This document shows, piece after piece, positions 1 to 12,700 of a stretch of DNA of 64,000 nucleotides (position 1 is its first letter; every line of letters begins with the position of its first letter). The DNA comes from Auanema rhodensis. Taxonomy: Eukaryota > Animalia > Nematoda. The notes beneath the pieces were generated by a model, which saw only the letters and a list, made by a program, of their open reading frames with translations, made no database searches and was not told the origin of the DNA. A program made the translations under genes and the position numbers. Location of the stretch: the NCBI GenBank assembly GCA_964057225.1, contig OZ059895.1, positions 12,958,001-13,022,000 on the forward strand, read 5' to 3'.

Positions 1-923
1 GCTCATAAGATTTGATATCATCGAGGAATTTAGATGTAACGTAGAAAATTACATAACTAACATGAAATTGGAAAAAAAAACAATAACGAGGATAAGTATG
101 TAAATCATTGAATATCAGATTTTTTCGCTTACGACCATACCACGTTGAAAGTACGCCATGCAGCTGATTTTCAATTTTATCTCTTCCGTAACAAATGTTT
201 TTAATTTTCCAGCAGTTTTACTTAGATAGCTCAACCCAAGGCATCAAAATATCTTCAATCTTATTTCTATATTACAGTTATAAACCAGTAGTTTATGAAC
301 CTTCATCTTAACTTTACTGTTTCTATCTATTTCCTATTGAAACAAACATTGTTTTAACACTATACAACTGTGAAACCTTTTTTAATTTGTTGTATTTGGA
401 GCTCATAAGATTTGATATCATCGAGGAATTTAGATGTAACGTAGAAAATTACATAACTAACATGAAATTGGAAAAAAAACAATAACGAGGATAAGTATGT
501 AAATCATTGAATATCAGATTTTTTCGCTTACGACCATACCACGTTGAAAGTACGCTATGCAGCTGATTTTCAATTTTATCTCTTCCGTAACAAATGTTTT
601 TAATTTTCCAGCAGTTTTACTTAGATAGCTCAACCCAAGGCATCAAAATATCTTCAATCTTATTTCTATATTACAGTTATAAACCAGTAGTTTATGAACC
701 TTCATCTTAACTTTACTGTTTCTATCTATTTCCTATTGAAACAAACATTGTTTAAACACTATACAACTGTGAAACCTTTTTTAATTTATTGTATTTGGAT
801 CTCATAAGATTTGATATCATCGAGGGATTTAGATGTAACGTAGAAAATTACATAACTAACATGAAATTGGAAAAAAACAATAACGAGGATAAGTATGTAA
901 ATCATTGAATATCAGGTATTTTC

Positions 924-1042
924 GCTTACGACCATACCACGTTGAAAGTACGCCATCCCGTCCGATCTGGCAAGTCAAGCAACGTTGGGCCCGGTTAGTA
1001 CTTGGATCGGGGACGGCTTGGGAATCCCGGGTGCCGTAAGCT
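924..1042 (+). rRNA. 5S rRNA
   Basis: 119 nt GCTTACGACCATACCACG...CCGTAAGCT followed by a T-run (Pol III terminator); closely resembles nematode 5S. Confidence 0.95.
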
Positions 1043-2258
1043 TTTCAAATTTTTTTAACGATCATACCACGTTGAAAGTACGCCATGCAGCTGATTTTCA
1101 ATTTTATCTCTTCAGTAACAAATGTTTTTAATTTTCCAGCAGTTTTACTTAGATAGCTCAACCCAAGGCATCAAAATATCTTCAATCTTATTTCTATATT
1201 ACAGTTATAAACCAGTAGTTTATGAACCTTCATCTTAACTTTACTGTTTCTATCTATTTCCTATTGAAACAAACATTGTTTAAACACAATACAACTGTGA
1301 AACCTTTTTTAATTTATTGTATTTGGATCTCATAAGATTTGATATCATCGAGGGATTTAGATGTAACGTAGAAAATTACATAACTAACATGAAATTGGAA
1401 AAAAAACTTTTACTTAGATAGCTCAACCCAAGGCATCAAAATATCTTCAATCTTATTTCTATATTACAGTTATAAACCAGTAGTTTATGAACCTTCATCT
1501 TAACTTTACTGTTTCTATCTATTTCCTATTGAAACAAACATTGTTTAAACACTATACAACTGTGAAACCTTTTTTAATTTATTGTATTTGGATCTCATAA
1601 GATTTGATATCATCGAGGGATTTAGATGTAACGTGGAAAATTACATAACTAACACGAAATTGGAAAAAAAACAATAACGAGGATAAGTATGTAAATCATT
1701 GAATATCAGATTTTTTCGCTTACGACCATACCACGTTTAAAGTACGCCATGCAGCTGATTTTCAATTTTATCTCTTCCGTAACAAATGTTTTTAATTTTC
1801 CAGCAGTTTTACTTAGATAGCTCAACCCAAGGCATCAAAATATCTTCAATCTTATTTCTATATTACAGTTATAAACCAGTATTTTATGAACCTTCATCTT
1901 AACTTTAACCTTCATCTTAACTAACAAATGTTTTTAATTTTCCAGCAGTTTTACTTAGATAGCTCAACCCAAGGCATCAAAATATCTTCAATCTTATTTC
2001 TATATTACAGTTATAAACCAGTAGTTTATGAACCTTCATCTTAACTTTACTGTTTCTATCTATTTCCTATTGAAACAAACATTGTTTAAACACTATACAA
2101 CTGTGAGACCTTTTTTAATTTATTGTATTTGGATCTCATAAGATTTGATATCATCGAGGAATTTAGATGTAACGTAGAAAATTACAAAACTAACATGAAA
2201 TTGGAAAAAAAACAATAACGAGGATAAGTATGTAAATCATTGAATATCAGGTATTTTC

Positions 2259-2377
2259 GCTTACGACCATACCACGTTGAAAGTACGCCATCCCGTCCGA
2301 TCTGGCAAGTCAAGCAGCGTTGGGCCCGGTTAGTACTTGGATCGGAGACGGCTTGGGAATCCCGGGTGCCGTAAGCT
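2259..2377 (+). rRNA. 5S rRNA
   Basis: Full 119-nt copy. Confidence 0.95.
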
Positions 2378-2787
2378 TTTCAAATTTTTTTAACGATCAT
2401 ACCACGTTGAAAGTACGCAATGCAGCTGATTTTCAATTTTATCTCTTCCGTAACAAATGTTTTTAATTTTCCAGCAGTTTTACTTAGATAACTCAACCCA
2501 AGGCATCAAAATATCTTCAATCTTATTTCTATATAACAGTTATAAACCAGTAGTTTATGAACCTTCATCTTAACTTTACTGTTTCTATCTATTTCCTATT
2601 GAAACAAACATTGTTTAAACACTATACAACTGTGAAACCTTTTTTAATTTATTGTATTTGGATCTTATAAGATTTGATATCATCGAGGGATTTAGATGTA
2701 ACGTAGAAAATTACATAACTAACATGAAATTGGAAAAAAAACAATAACGAGGATAAGTATGTAAATCATTGAATATCAGGTATTTTC

Positions 2788-2906
2788 GCTTACGACCATA
2801 CCACGTTGAAAGTACGCCATCCCGTCCGATCTGGCAAGTCAAGCAACGTTGGGCCCGGTTAGTACTTGGATCGGAGACGGCTTGGGAATCCCGGGTACCG
2901 TAAGCT
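2788..2906 (+). rRNA. 5S rRNA
   Basis: Full 119-nt copy (G110A variant). Confidence 0.95.
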
Positions 2907-3334
2907 TTTCAAATTTTTTTAACAATCATACCACGTTGAAAGTAAGCAATGCAGCTGATTTTCAATTTTATCTCTTCAGTAACAAATGTTTTTAATTTTC
3001 CAGCAGTTTTACTTAGATAGCTCAACCCAAGGCATCAAAACAACCCAAGGCATCAAAATATCTTCAATCTTATTTCTATATTACAGTTATAAACCAGTAG
3101 TTTATGAACCTTCATCTTAACTTTACTGTTTCTATCTATTTCCTATTGAAACAAACATTGTTTAAACACTATACAACTGCGAAACCTTTTTTAATTTATT
3201 GTATTTGGATCTCATAAGATTTGATATCATCGAGGGATTTAGATGTAACGTAGAAAATTACATAACTAACATGAAATTGGAAAAAAAACAATAACGAGGA
3301 TAAGTATGTAAATCATTGAATATCAGGTATTTTC

Positions 3335-3453
3335 GCTTACGACCATACCACGTTGAAAGTACGCCATCCCGTCCGATCTGGCAAGTCAAGCAGCGTTGGG
3401 CCCGGTTAGTACTTGGATTGGAGACGGCTTGGGAATCCCGGGTGCCGTAAGCT
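3335..3453 (+). rRNA. 5S rRNA
   Basis: Full 119-nt copy. Confidence 0.95.
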
Positions 3454-4262
3454 TTTCAAATTTTTTTAACGATCATACCACGTTGAAAGTACGCAATGCA
3501 GCTGATTTTCAATTTTATCTCTTCCGTAACAAATGTTTTTAATTTTCCAGCAGTTTTACTTAGATAGCTCAACCCAAGGCATCAAAATATCTTCAATCTT
3601 ATTTCTATATTACAGTTATAAACCAGTAGTTTATGAACCTTCATCTTAACTTTACTGTTTCTATCTATTTCCTATTGAAACAAACATTGTTTTAACACTA
3701 TACAACTGTGAAACCTTTTTTAATTTATTGTATTTGGAGCTCATAAGATTTGATATCATCGAGGAAATTAGATGTAACGTAGAAAATTACATAACTAACA
3801 TGAAATTGGAAAAAAAACAATAACGAGGATAAGTATGTAAATCATTGAATATCAGATTTTTTCGCTTACGACCATACCACGTTGAAAGTACGCCATGCAG
3901 CTGATTTTCAATTTTATCTCTTCCGTAACAAATGTTTTTAATTTTCCAGCAGTTTTACTTAGATAGCTCAACCCAAGGCATCAAAATATCTTCAATCTTA
4001 TTTCTATATTACAGTTATAAACCAGTAGTTTATGAACCTTCATCTCAACTTTACTGTTTCTATCTATTTCCTATTGAAACAAACATTGTTTAAACACTAT
4101 ACAACTGTGAAACCTTTTTTAATTTATTGTATTTGGATCTCATAAGATTTGATATCATCGAGGGATTTAGATGTAACGTAGAAAATTACAAAACTAACAT
4201 GAAATTGGAAAAAAAACAATAACGAGGATAAGTATGTAAATCATTGAATATCAGGTATTTTC

Positions 4263-4381
4263 GCTTACGACCATACCACGTTGAAAGTACGCCATCCCGT
4301 CCGATCTGGCAAGTCAAGCAGCGTTGGGCCCGGTTAGTACTTGGATCGGAGACGGCTTGGGAATCCCGGGTGCCGTAAGCT
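4263..4381 (+). rRNA. 5S rRNA
   Basis: Full 119-nt copy. Confidence 0.95.
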
Positions 4382-4791
4382 TTTCAAATTTTTTTAACGA
4401 TCATACCACGTTGAAAGTACGCAATGCAGCTGATTTTCAATTTTATCTCTTCCGTAACAAATGTTTTTAATTTTCCAGCAGTTTTACTTAGATAACTCAA
4501 CCCAAGGCATCAAAATATCTTCAATCTTATTTCTATATAACAGTTATAAACCAGTAGTTTATGAACCTTCATCTTAACTTTACTGTTTCTATCTATTTCC
4601 TATTGAAACAAACATTGTTTAAACACTATACAACTGTGAAACCTTTTTTAATTTATTGTATTTGGATCTTATAAGATTTGATATCATCGAGGGATTTAGA
4701 TGTAACGTAGAAAATTACATAACTAACATGAAATTGGAAAAAAAACAATAACGAGGATAAGTATGTAAATCATTGAATATCAGGTATTTTC

Positions 4792-4910
4792 GCTTACGAC
4801 CATACCACGTTGAAAGTACGCCATCCCGTCCGATCTGGCAAGTCAAGCAACGTTGGGCCCGGTTAGTACTTGGATCGGAGACGGCTTGGGAATCCCGGGT
4901 ACCGTAAGCT
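4792..4910 (+). rRNA. 5S rRNA
   Basis: Full 119-nt copy (G110A variant). Confidence 0.95.
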
Positions 4911-5338
4911 TTTCAAATTTTTTTAACAATCATACCACGTTGAAAGTAAGCAATGCAGCTGATTTTCAATTTTATCTCTTCAGTAACAAATGTTTTTAAT
5001 TTTCCAGCAGTTTTACTTAGATAGCTCAACCCAAGGCATCAAAACAACCCAAGGCATCAAAATATCTTCAATCTTATTTCTATATTACAGTTATAAACCA
5101 GTAGTTTATGAACCTTCATCTTAACTTTACTGTTTCTATCTATTTCCTATTGAAACAAACATTGTTTAAACACTATACAACTGCGAAACCTTTTTTAATT
5201 TATTGTATTTGGATCTCATAAGATTTGATATCATCGAGGGATTTAGATGTAACGTAGAAAATTACATAACTAACATGAAATTGGAAAAAAAACAATAACG
5301 AGGATAAGTATGTAAATCATTGAATATCAGGTATTTTC

Positions 5339-5457
5339 GCTTACGACCATACCACGTTGAAAGTACGCCATCCCGTCCGATCTGGCAAGTCAAGCAGCGT
5401 TGGGCCCGGTTAGTACTTGGATTGGAGACGGCTTGGGAATCCCGGGTGCCGTAAGCT
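5339..5457 (+). rRNA. 5S rRNA
   Basis: Full 119-nt copy. Confidence 0.95.
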
Positions 5458-6266
5458 TTTCAAATTTTTTTAACGATCATACCACGTTGAAAGTACGCAA
5501 TGCAGCTGATTTTCAATTTTATCTCTTCCGTAACAAATGTTTTTAATTTTCCAGCAGTTTTACTTAGATAGCTCAACCCAAGGCATCAAAATATCTTCAA
5601 TCTTATTTCTATATTACAGTTATAAACCAGTAGTTTATGAACCTTCATCTTAACTTTACTGTTTCTATCTATTTCCTATTGAAACAAACATTGTTTTAAC
5701 ACTATACAACTGTGAAACCTTTTTTAATTTATTGTATTTGGAGCTCATAAGATTTGATATCATCGAGGAAATTAGATGTAACGTAGAAAATTACATAACT
5801 AACATGAAATTGGAAAAAAAACAATAACGAGGATAAGTATGTAAATCATTGAATATCAGATTTTTTCGCTTACGACCATACCACGTTGAAAGTACGCCAT
5901 GCAGCTGATTTTCAATTTTATCTCTTCCGTAACAAATGTTTTTAATTTTCCAGCAGTTTTACTTAGATAGCTCAACCCAAGGCATCAAAATATCTTCAAT
6001 CTTATTTCTATATTACAGTTATAAACCAGTAGTTTATGAACCTTCATCTCAACTTTACTGTTTCTATCTATTTCCTATTGAAACAAACATTGTTTAAACA
6101 CTATACAACTGTGAAACCTTTTTTAATTTATTGTATTTGGATCTCATAAGATTTGATATCATCGAGGGATTTAGATGTAACGTAGAAAATTACAAAACTA
6201 ACATGAAATTGGAAAAAAAACAATAACGAGGATAAGTATGTAAATCATTGAATATCAGGTATTTTC

Positions 6267-6385
6267 GCTTACGACCATACCACGTTGAAAGTACGCCATC
6301 CCGTCCGATCTGGCAAGTCAAGCAACGTTGGGCCCGGTTAGTACTTGGATCGGAGACGGCTTGGGAATCCCGGGTGCCGTAAGCT
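6267..6385 (+). rRNA. 5S rRNA
   Basis: Full 119-nt copy. Confidence 0.95.
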
Positions 6386-7098
6386 TTTCAAATTTTTTTA
6401 ACGATCATACCAAGGCATCAAAATATCTTCAATCTTATTTCTATATTACAGTTATAAACCAGTAGTTTATGAACCTTCATCTTAACTTTACTGTTTCTAT
6501 CTATTTCCTATTGAAACAAACATTGTTTTAACACTATACAACTGTGAAACCTTTTTTAATTTATTGTATTTGGAGCTCATAAGATTTGATATCATCGAGG
6601 AAATTAGATGTAACGTAGAAAATTACATAACTAACATGAAATTGGAAAAAAAACAATAACGAGGATAAGTATGTAAATCATTGAATATCAGATTTTTTCG
6701 CTTACGACCATACCACGTTGAAAGTACGCCATGCAGCTGATTTTCAATTTTATCTCTTCCGTAACAAATGTTTTTAATTTTCCAGCAGTTTTACTTAGAT
6801 AGCTCAACCCAAGGCATCAAAATATCTTCAATCTTATTTCTATATTACAGTTATAAACCAGTAGTTTATGAACCTTCATCTCAACTTTACTGTTTCTATC
6901 TATTTCCTATTGAAACAAACATTGTTTAAACACTATACAACTGTGAAACCTTTTTTAATTTATTGTATTTGGATCTCATAAGATTTGATATCATCGAGGG
7001 ATTTAGATGTAACGTAGAAAATTACAAAACTAACATGAAATTGGAAAAAAAACAATAACGAGGATAAGTATGTAAATCATTGAATATCAGGTATTTTC

Positions 7099-7217
7099 GC
7101 TTACGACCATACCACGTTGAAAGTACGCCATCCCGTCCGATCTGGCAAGTCAAGCAACGTTGGGCCCGGTTAGTACTTGGATCGGAGACGGCTTGGGAAT
7201 CCCGGGTGCCGTAAGCT
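7099..7217 (+). rRNA. 5S rRNA
   Basis: Full 119-nt copy. Confidence 0.95.
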
Positions 7218-7627
7218 TTTCAAATTTTTTTAACGATCATACCACGTTGAAAGTACGCAATGCAGCTGATTTTCAATTTTATCTCTTCCGTAACAAATGT
7301 TTTTAATTTTCCAGCAGTTTTACTTAGATAGCTCAACCCAAGGCATCAAAATATCTTCAATCTTATTTCTATATTACAGTTATAAACCAGTAGTTTATGA
7401 ACCTTCATCTCAACTTTACTGTTTCTATCTATTTCCTATTGAAACAAACATTGTTTAAACACTATACAACTGTGAAACCTTTTTTAATTTATTGTATTTG
7501 GATCTCATAAGATTTGATATCAACGAGGGATTTAGATGTAACGTAGAAAATTACAAAACTAACATGAAATTGGAAAAAAAACAATAACGAGGATAAGTAT
7601 GTAAATCATTGAATATCAGGTATTTTC

Positions 7628-7746
7628 GCTTACGACCATACCACGTTGAAAGTACGCCATCCCGTCCGATCTGGCAAGTCAAGCAACGTTGGGCCCGGTT
7701 AGTACTTGGATCGGAGACGGCTTGGGAATCCCGGGTGCCGTAAGCT
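7628..7746 (+). rRNA. 5S rRNA
   Basis: Full 119-nt copy. Confidence 0.95.
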
Positions 7747-8156
7747 TTTCAAATTTTTTTAACGATCATACCACGTTGAAAGTACGCAATGCAGCTGATT
7801 TTCAATTTTATCTCTTCCGTAACAAATGTTTTTAATTTTCCAGCAGTTTTACTTAGATAGCTCAACCCAAGGCATCAAAATATCTTCAATCTTATTTCTA
7901 TATTACAGTTACAAACCAGTAGTTTATGAACCTTCATCTTAACTTTACTGTTTCTATCTATTTCCTATTGAAACAAACATTGTTTTAACACTATACAACT
8001 GTGAAACCTTTTTTAATTTATTGTATTTGGATCTCATAAGATTTGATATCATCGAGGGATTTAGATGTAACGTAGAAAATTACATAACTAACATGAAATT
8101 GGAAAAAAAACAATAACGAGGATAAGTATGTAAATCATTGAATATCAGGTATTTTC

Positions 8157-8275
8157 GCTTACGACCATACCACGTTGAAAGTACGCCATCCCGTCCGATC
8201 TGGCAAGTCAAGCAACGTTGGGCCCGGTTAGTACTTGGATCGGAGACGGCTTGGGAATCCCGGGTGCCGTAAGCT
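8157..8275 (+). rRNA. 5S rRNA
   Basis: Full 119-nt copy. Confidence 0.95.
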
Positions 8276-8685
8276 TTTCAAATTTTTTTAACAATCATAC
8301 CACGTTGAAAGTAAGCAATGCAGCTGATTTTCAATTTTATCTCTTCCGTAACAAATGTTTTTAATTTTCCAGCAGTTTTACTTAGATAGCTCAACCCAAG
8401 GCATCAAAATATCTTCAATCTTATTTCTATATTACAGTTATAAACCAGTAGTTTATGAACCTTCATCTCAACTTTACTGTTTCTATCTATTTCCTATTGA
8501 AACAAACATTGTTTAAACACTATACAACTGTGAAACCTTTTTTAATTTATTGTATTTGGATCTCATAAGATTTGATATCATCGAGGGATTTAGATGTAAC
8601 GTAGAAAATTACAAAACTAACATGAAATTGGAAAAAAAACAATAACGAGGATAAGTATGTAAATCATTGAATATCAGGTATTTTC

Positions 8686-8731
8686 GCTTACGACCATACC
8701 ACGTTGAAAGTACGCCATCCCGTCCGATCTG
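8686..8731 (+). pseudogene. 5S gene nt 1-46, interrupted by the Maverick (remainder nt 41-119 at 25262-25340)
   Basis: 5S sequence stops at GATCTG (8726-8731) and resumes with GATCTG at 25262-25267. Confidence 0.95.
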
Positions 8732-9572
8732 AGTAGAGAGCCGTGCAAAATTTACTAACCACGCCCCCAAACAGCTGTCAAAAACATACTTTTGGGGGCG
8801 TCAGCTGCTAAAAACATACTTTTGGGGCGCGTCAGCTGTCAAAAACATATTTTTGAGCGTCAGCTGTTAAAATCATATTTTAGGATCATGGTTCATGGAT
8901 TTTCCTTTTTTAAATATAAAAGTCATGATTTAAAGCATGATTTTTTTTTTTGATTTTTTTTTTAATCAAATTTTAAATTTGTTTATTCAAATGTATGTAT
9001 ATAGTTTTAATTATTTTTAAATATATTAAGTAAAAATAAAAATTATAAATTTTAAATATTTAAATATTTAAATATGTAAATTTGTTTTTTAAATTTTATT
9101 TATTTATTAATAATGTTTGTTTACTTATTTTGTTTATTTTTCATTGTATTGTGTTTGTATTGTTTTTATTTTAAAGAACAGTAAAATTTTTGCATGTATA
9201 TCGTTTTGTTCACCGTACTTGTTACGGGTAATTCAATGGAACACATATCGAAGGTTAATTCGATAAGAACGATATGAAATACAAAATTTAATGGAACACA
9301 TATCGAAGGTTAATTCGATAAGAACGATATAAAATACCAAAATTTAATGGAACACATATCGAAAGTTAATTCGATAAGAACGACATTAAATTATTAATTT
9401 TTGAAATTGCAAATTGTTATTAATTATATTCATTCTAACAAGTAAAGGTTTCAAATTATAATAAAAGATTAGTTTTAAACTTTATTTTACTAATATAACA
9501 ATACAATAACTAAATAGAGCACACATTGAAGGTAAATACAATAAGATTAACAAACAGTTGCGCTGACCTCAA
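8732..9572 (+). repeat. Maverick left terminal inverted repeat
   Basis: Reverse complement of 23265-24251. Contains ~30-bp CAGCTG-bearing subrepeats and three ~55-bp subrepeats. Confidence 0.92.
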
Positions 9573-9779
9573 TGAAACGCATAAAGTTAATTTAATAAGA
9601 ACTAATAACAAAAATTAATCCGACGGGGACAATAAAAACAGATGTATTCAATAAGCTTATTTATTTTAAAGTTCATCGCAACTGCTAGTTTTGACAGCTG
9701 TACCCAAATCCATGTTACATAACAAATTACAATGCCAACAGCAATGTGTAGACTGATATATTCATTATATCAAGGTACA

Positions 9780-12700
9780 ATGGCTGCTAATAGGTTGTGT
9801 CTTTTTGTTTATTTGTTTGTAAACTTTTTCTTTTTTCAGTTATAAACGTTTATGTGAAGAGCTAGGATTTGATTATGAAGAGATTAATCAGCTCAGGTAA
9901 TTTAACAATATTTTGAATCTTTATATATATTTTGTTTTTTAGTAAACGTATAAAGTTTACCGAGGCTGGTGGGATCGAGCTCTGTGAGCCCACATCACCC
10001 ACTTTTAACAGTGGGCCCTCATCATCAAGGGTTATTGAAGTAATAACCTTGGATGACAGTGATGAGTAAGCGATATTAAAAATTATAACAATTAGTTTTT
10101 TTCTTTTTAAGAGAATGGGATCCCGCTACCCCATCAACCAGTGGAGGGCAAGTCGGATATGGAGCGGCTTTCAACGATGTCTGTAAAATAGAGGTGCGAT
10201 CTTTTATTTACATATCATTTCATAATATATCTTTTGAAACATGAAATTTTCTCTTGCTCCAATTGCATATTTTGAAAACATTTTGAAATTTATTTCTCTT
10301 CTTCAATTGCATTCATAAAATTCTCTCTCTCTCATCTTTACATTTCATCTCAATCTATATCTTTTATCAAACAAATTGCAAGTATTTTGAAACTTATATA
10401 TTCATTCTTTTGAACAGCATTCATTTTAAAATCTTTACATTTCATCTCACTATATATCTTTCTTTCAACCAATTTTGAATTCTTACAAATTATAAATATT
10501 TCAAACATTTTGAACTAGTAAAATAATAAAACACCATCTTGACCTTTCCATTTATTTTTAAACATTAACAAATGTTTATAAAAGAAAAAACTTTATATTT
10601 AAAAATCAAATGCCATTTATTTTTAATAAAAGAATATAAAAATAATTTAAAGAAAAGTAAATTTATTAAAAGTTATAAACAAAAATTATTTATATTTAAA
10701 CTAAATATCTAAACTAAATAACCATTATAAAAAGTGTGTATTATAGTGGTCACACCGACGCATAAAACGCACTGGTCGGTTTACCAACGTGGTCGTTAGA
10801 TCGCTCACGTTCCCACATTTGGAAAACATTAATGAGCCAATGCATGTTGTCATGCCGCGGCTATTTAATGAGTTCCTTGATCGGTGCCTTGCTGAAAGTG
10901 GTGTGCCAGATAAACAAAAAGCACTATTTTGTTTATCAATAGAGCACCCATCCTTTGAAAAGGGATCCATATTTATGGATTTCCGTAGAAGGGAGCATTT
11001 GGATGGCGTTGCCATCATGAAGGTACAGCAATCAAAGCGAGAGGCTGTAATTAGCCAGGCAATGAATATTGAAATGTATGTGTTTGATGAGAGACCAGTG
11101 CAGCCAAGCCTGATGCCTGGTGAAGGTAGAGTTGGTTTCTATTTTGATGCCGAACTCAAAATACCTGGCACAATTGAGAACACTGATACACATTGCCTGG
11201 CTAGAGCAGCAGTTGTGGGAATGTGGAAAGCCGATGAAGAGGCAGCAGAAGATGTAATTGAGAAGCGGAGGATTCAAAATCTTCGTCGCAACTACATCTT
11301 GTTGCCAAATCAACCACATCATATCAATTTATTGAATAGGTGTGGTATTTCTGTACATTTACCAAATTATAATTTGAACCATTTAAATATTATTGCAAGT
11401 TGTAATACAGACTATAAGTTTGTAGTATACGCTAGGCCACCTGGACAGCGTATGTACGCTATTCAGCGTATCTTTAATGAAACGGCTAGCAAAGTGGTAA
11501 CACTAGGCTACCGAAATAATCATTATGACTGTATTACTACTTGTAGTAGATCACAGGTTTTTGATGGTATTATATGCCAACACTGTAAATTATCTTACAA
11601 AACAGTGTTGCATAGATGTAAAGCCAAGTGTAAGAAATGCCACACCTTAAAATGTAATTCGATGGAAAATGTGGTTGAGAGTAGCATAAGATGTAATAGT
11701 TGTAGAGTTTTGTTCAAAACTCGTCAATGCTTTGACAGGCATATTAGAAAAACATGTCGAATGTTTAAGGTAATTTAAAAAATATATATAAAATTTAACA
11801 TGACTAAATTCAGACATGTGAAAACTGTGATCATTATCACAGGGTGCGTGCTGATAGACCGCACAATTGCAATGAGAAATTTTGCAAAAAGTGTGGGCAA
11901 ACAAAGCCTGAAGATCACTCTTGTTGTTGGGTACCACCTAACGACAAGAAGAAGGATCAGTTAAAAAAGAGGCAAGAGAAATACAAGGTTTGTATTTAAC
12001 ATCTTTACAAGTGTAATACTTACTTGTTTAAGATTATATTCTATGACTTTGAAACGGTTGTGTTAAAAAGCGGTACAAATGTTCATGAATATGCAGATGA
12101 ACAATGGCCCAATATGGTTGTGTATAATAAATTTTGTGAAAGTTGTATAGACGCCAATTCATGCGAAAAATGCACAACCAAGGAGGGCCATTTTGGGTAC
12201 CAACAAGGTGATAGTGAATGGTCTGTAACAGATCGTTTCCTTGATTGGTTACTCAACTCTGTTGAGAATGATAATGCAATTTTGATTGCGCATAATGGTT
12301 CACGCTTTGACATACATTTCTTGGTGTCTAGGCTGATAAACCGTGGAATATATCCTGATCCAATTTTAAATGGGACCAAGATTATAAGCATGGTTGTCAA
12401 GCCTTTAAGAGGTCAAAAATTTAATCATTTATATTTTAAAGATAGTTATTTATTAGTGCCTTTACCCCTATCAGCGTTACCCAAGGCATTTGGTGTACCT
12501 GATATGAGTAAAGGACAGTTTCCTTACCTCTATAATCACCCAATAAATTATGGCAAAGTGTTGCCATCTTTACCACCAAAACAGTACTATTGTACTGCTA
12601 GAATGAAAGCAGAAGACCTAGCTTCATTCGATATTTGGTATGAAGAGCGTAATCAAAGAGCGTTTGATTTTGATGAAGAGCTTTTGGAATATTGTAGGAC

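Larger units (their letters stand above)
1..8731 (+). repeat. 5S rDNA tandem array, segment 1 (mixed 529-bp full units and 399-bp gene-deleted units)
   Basis: Near-identical spacer repeats. Gene starts 2259->2788 are 529 bp apart and truncated starts 127->526 are 399 bp apart. There are 11 intact genes plus one interrupted gene. Confidence 0.97.

Noticed and set aside
1-8731. Regularly spaced repeats as a CRISPR array
   Set aside because: The spacers are near-identical and ~400 bp long, the repeat is 5S rRNA, there are no cas genes and the context is eukaryotic.
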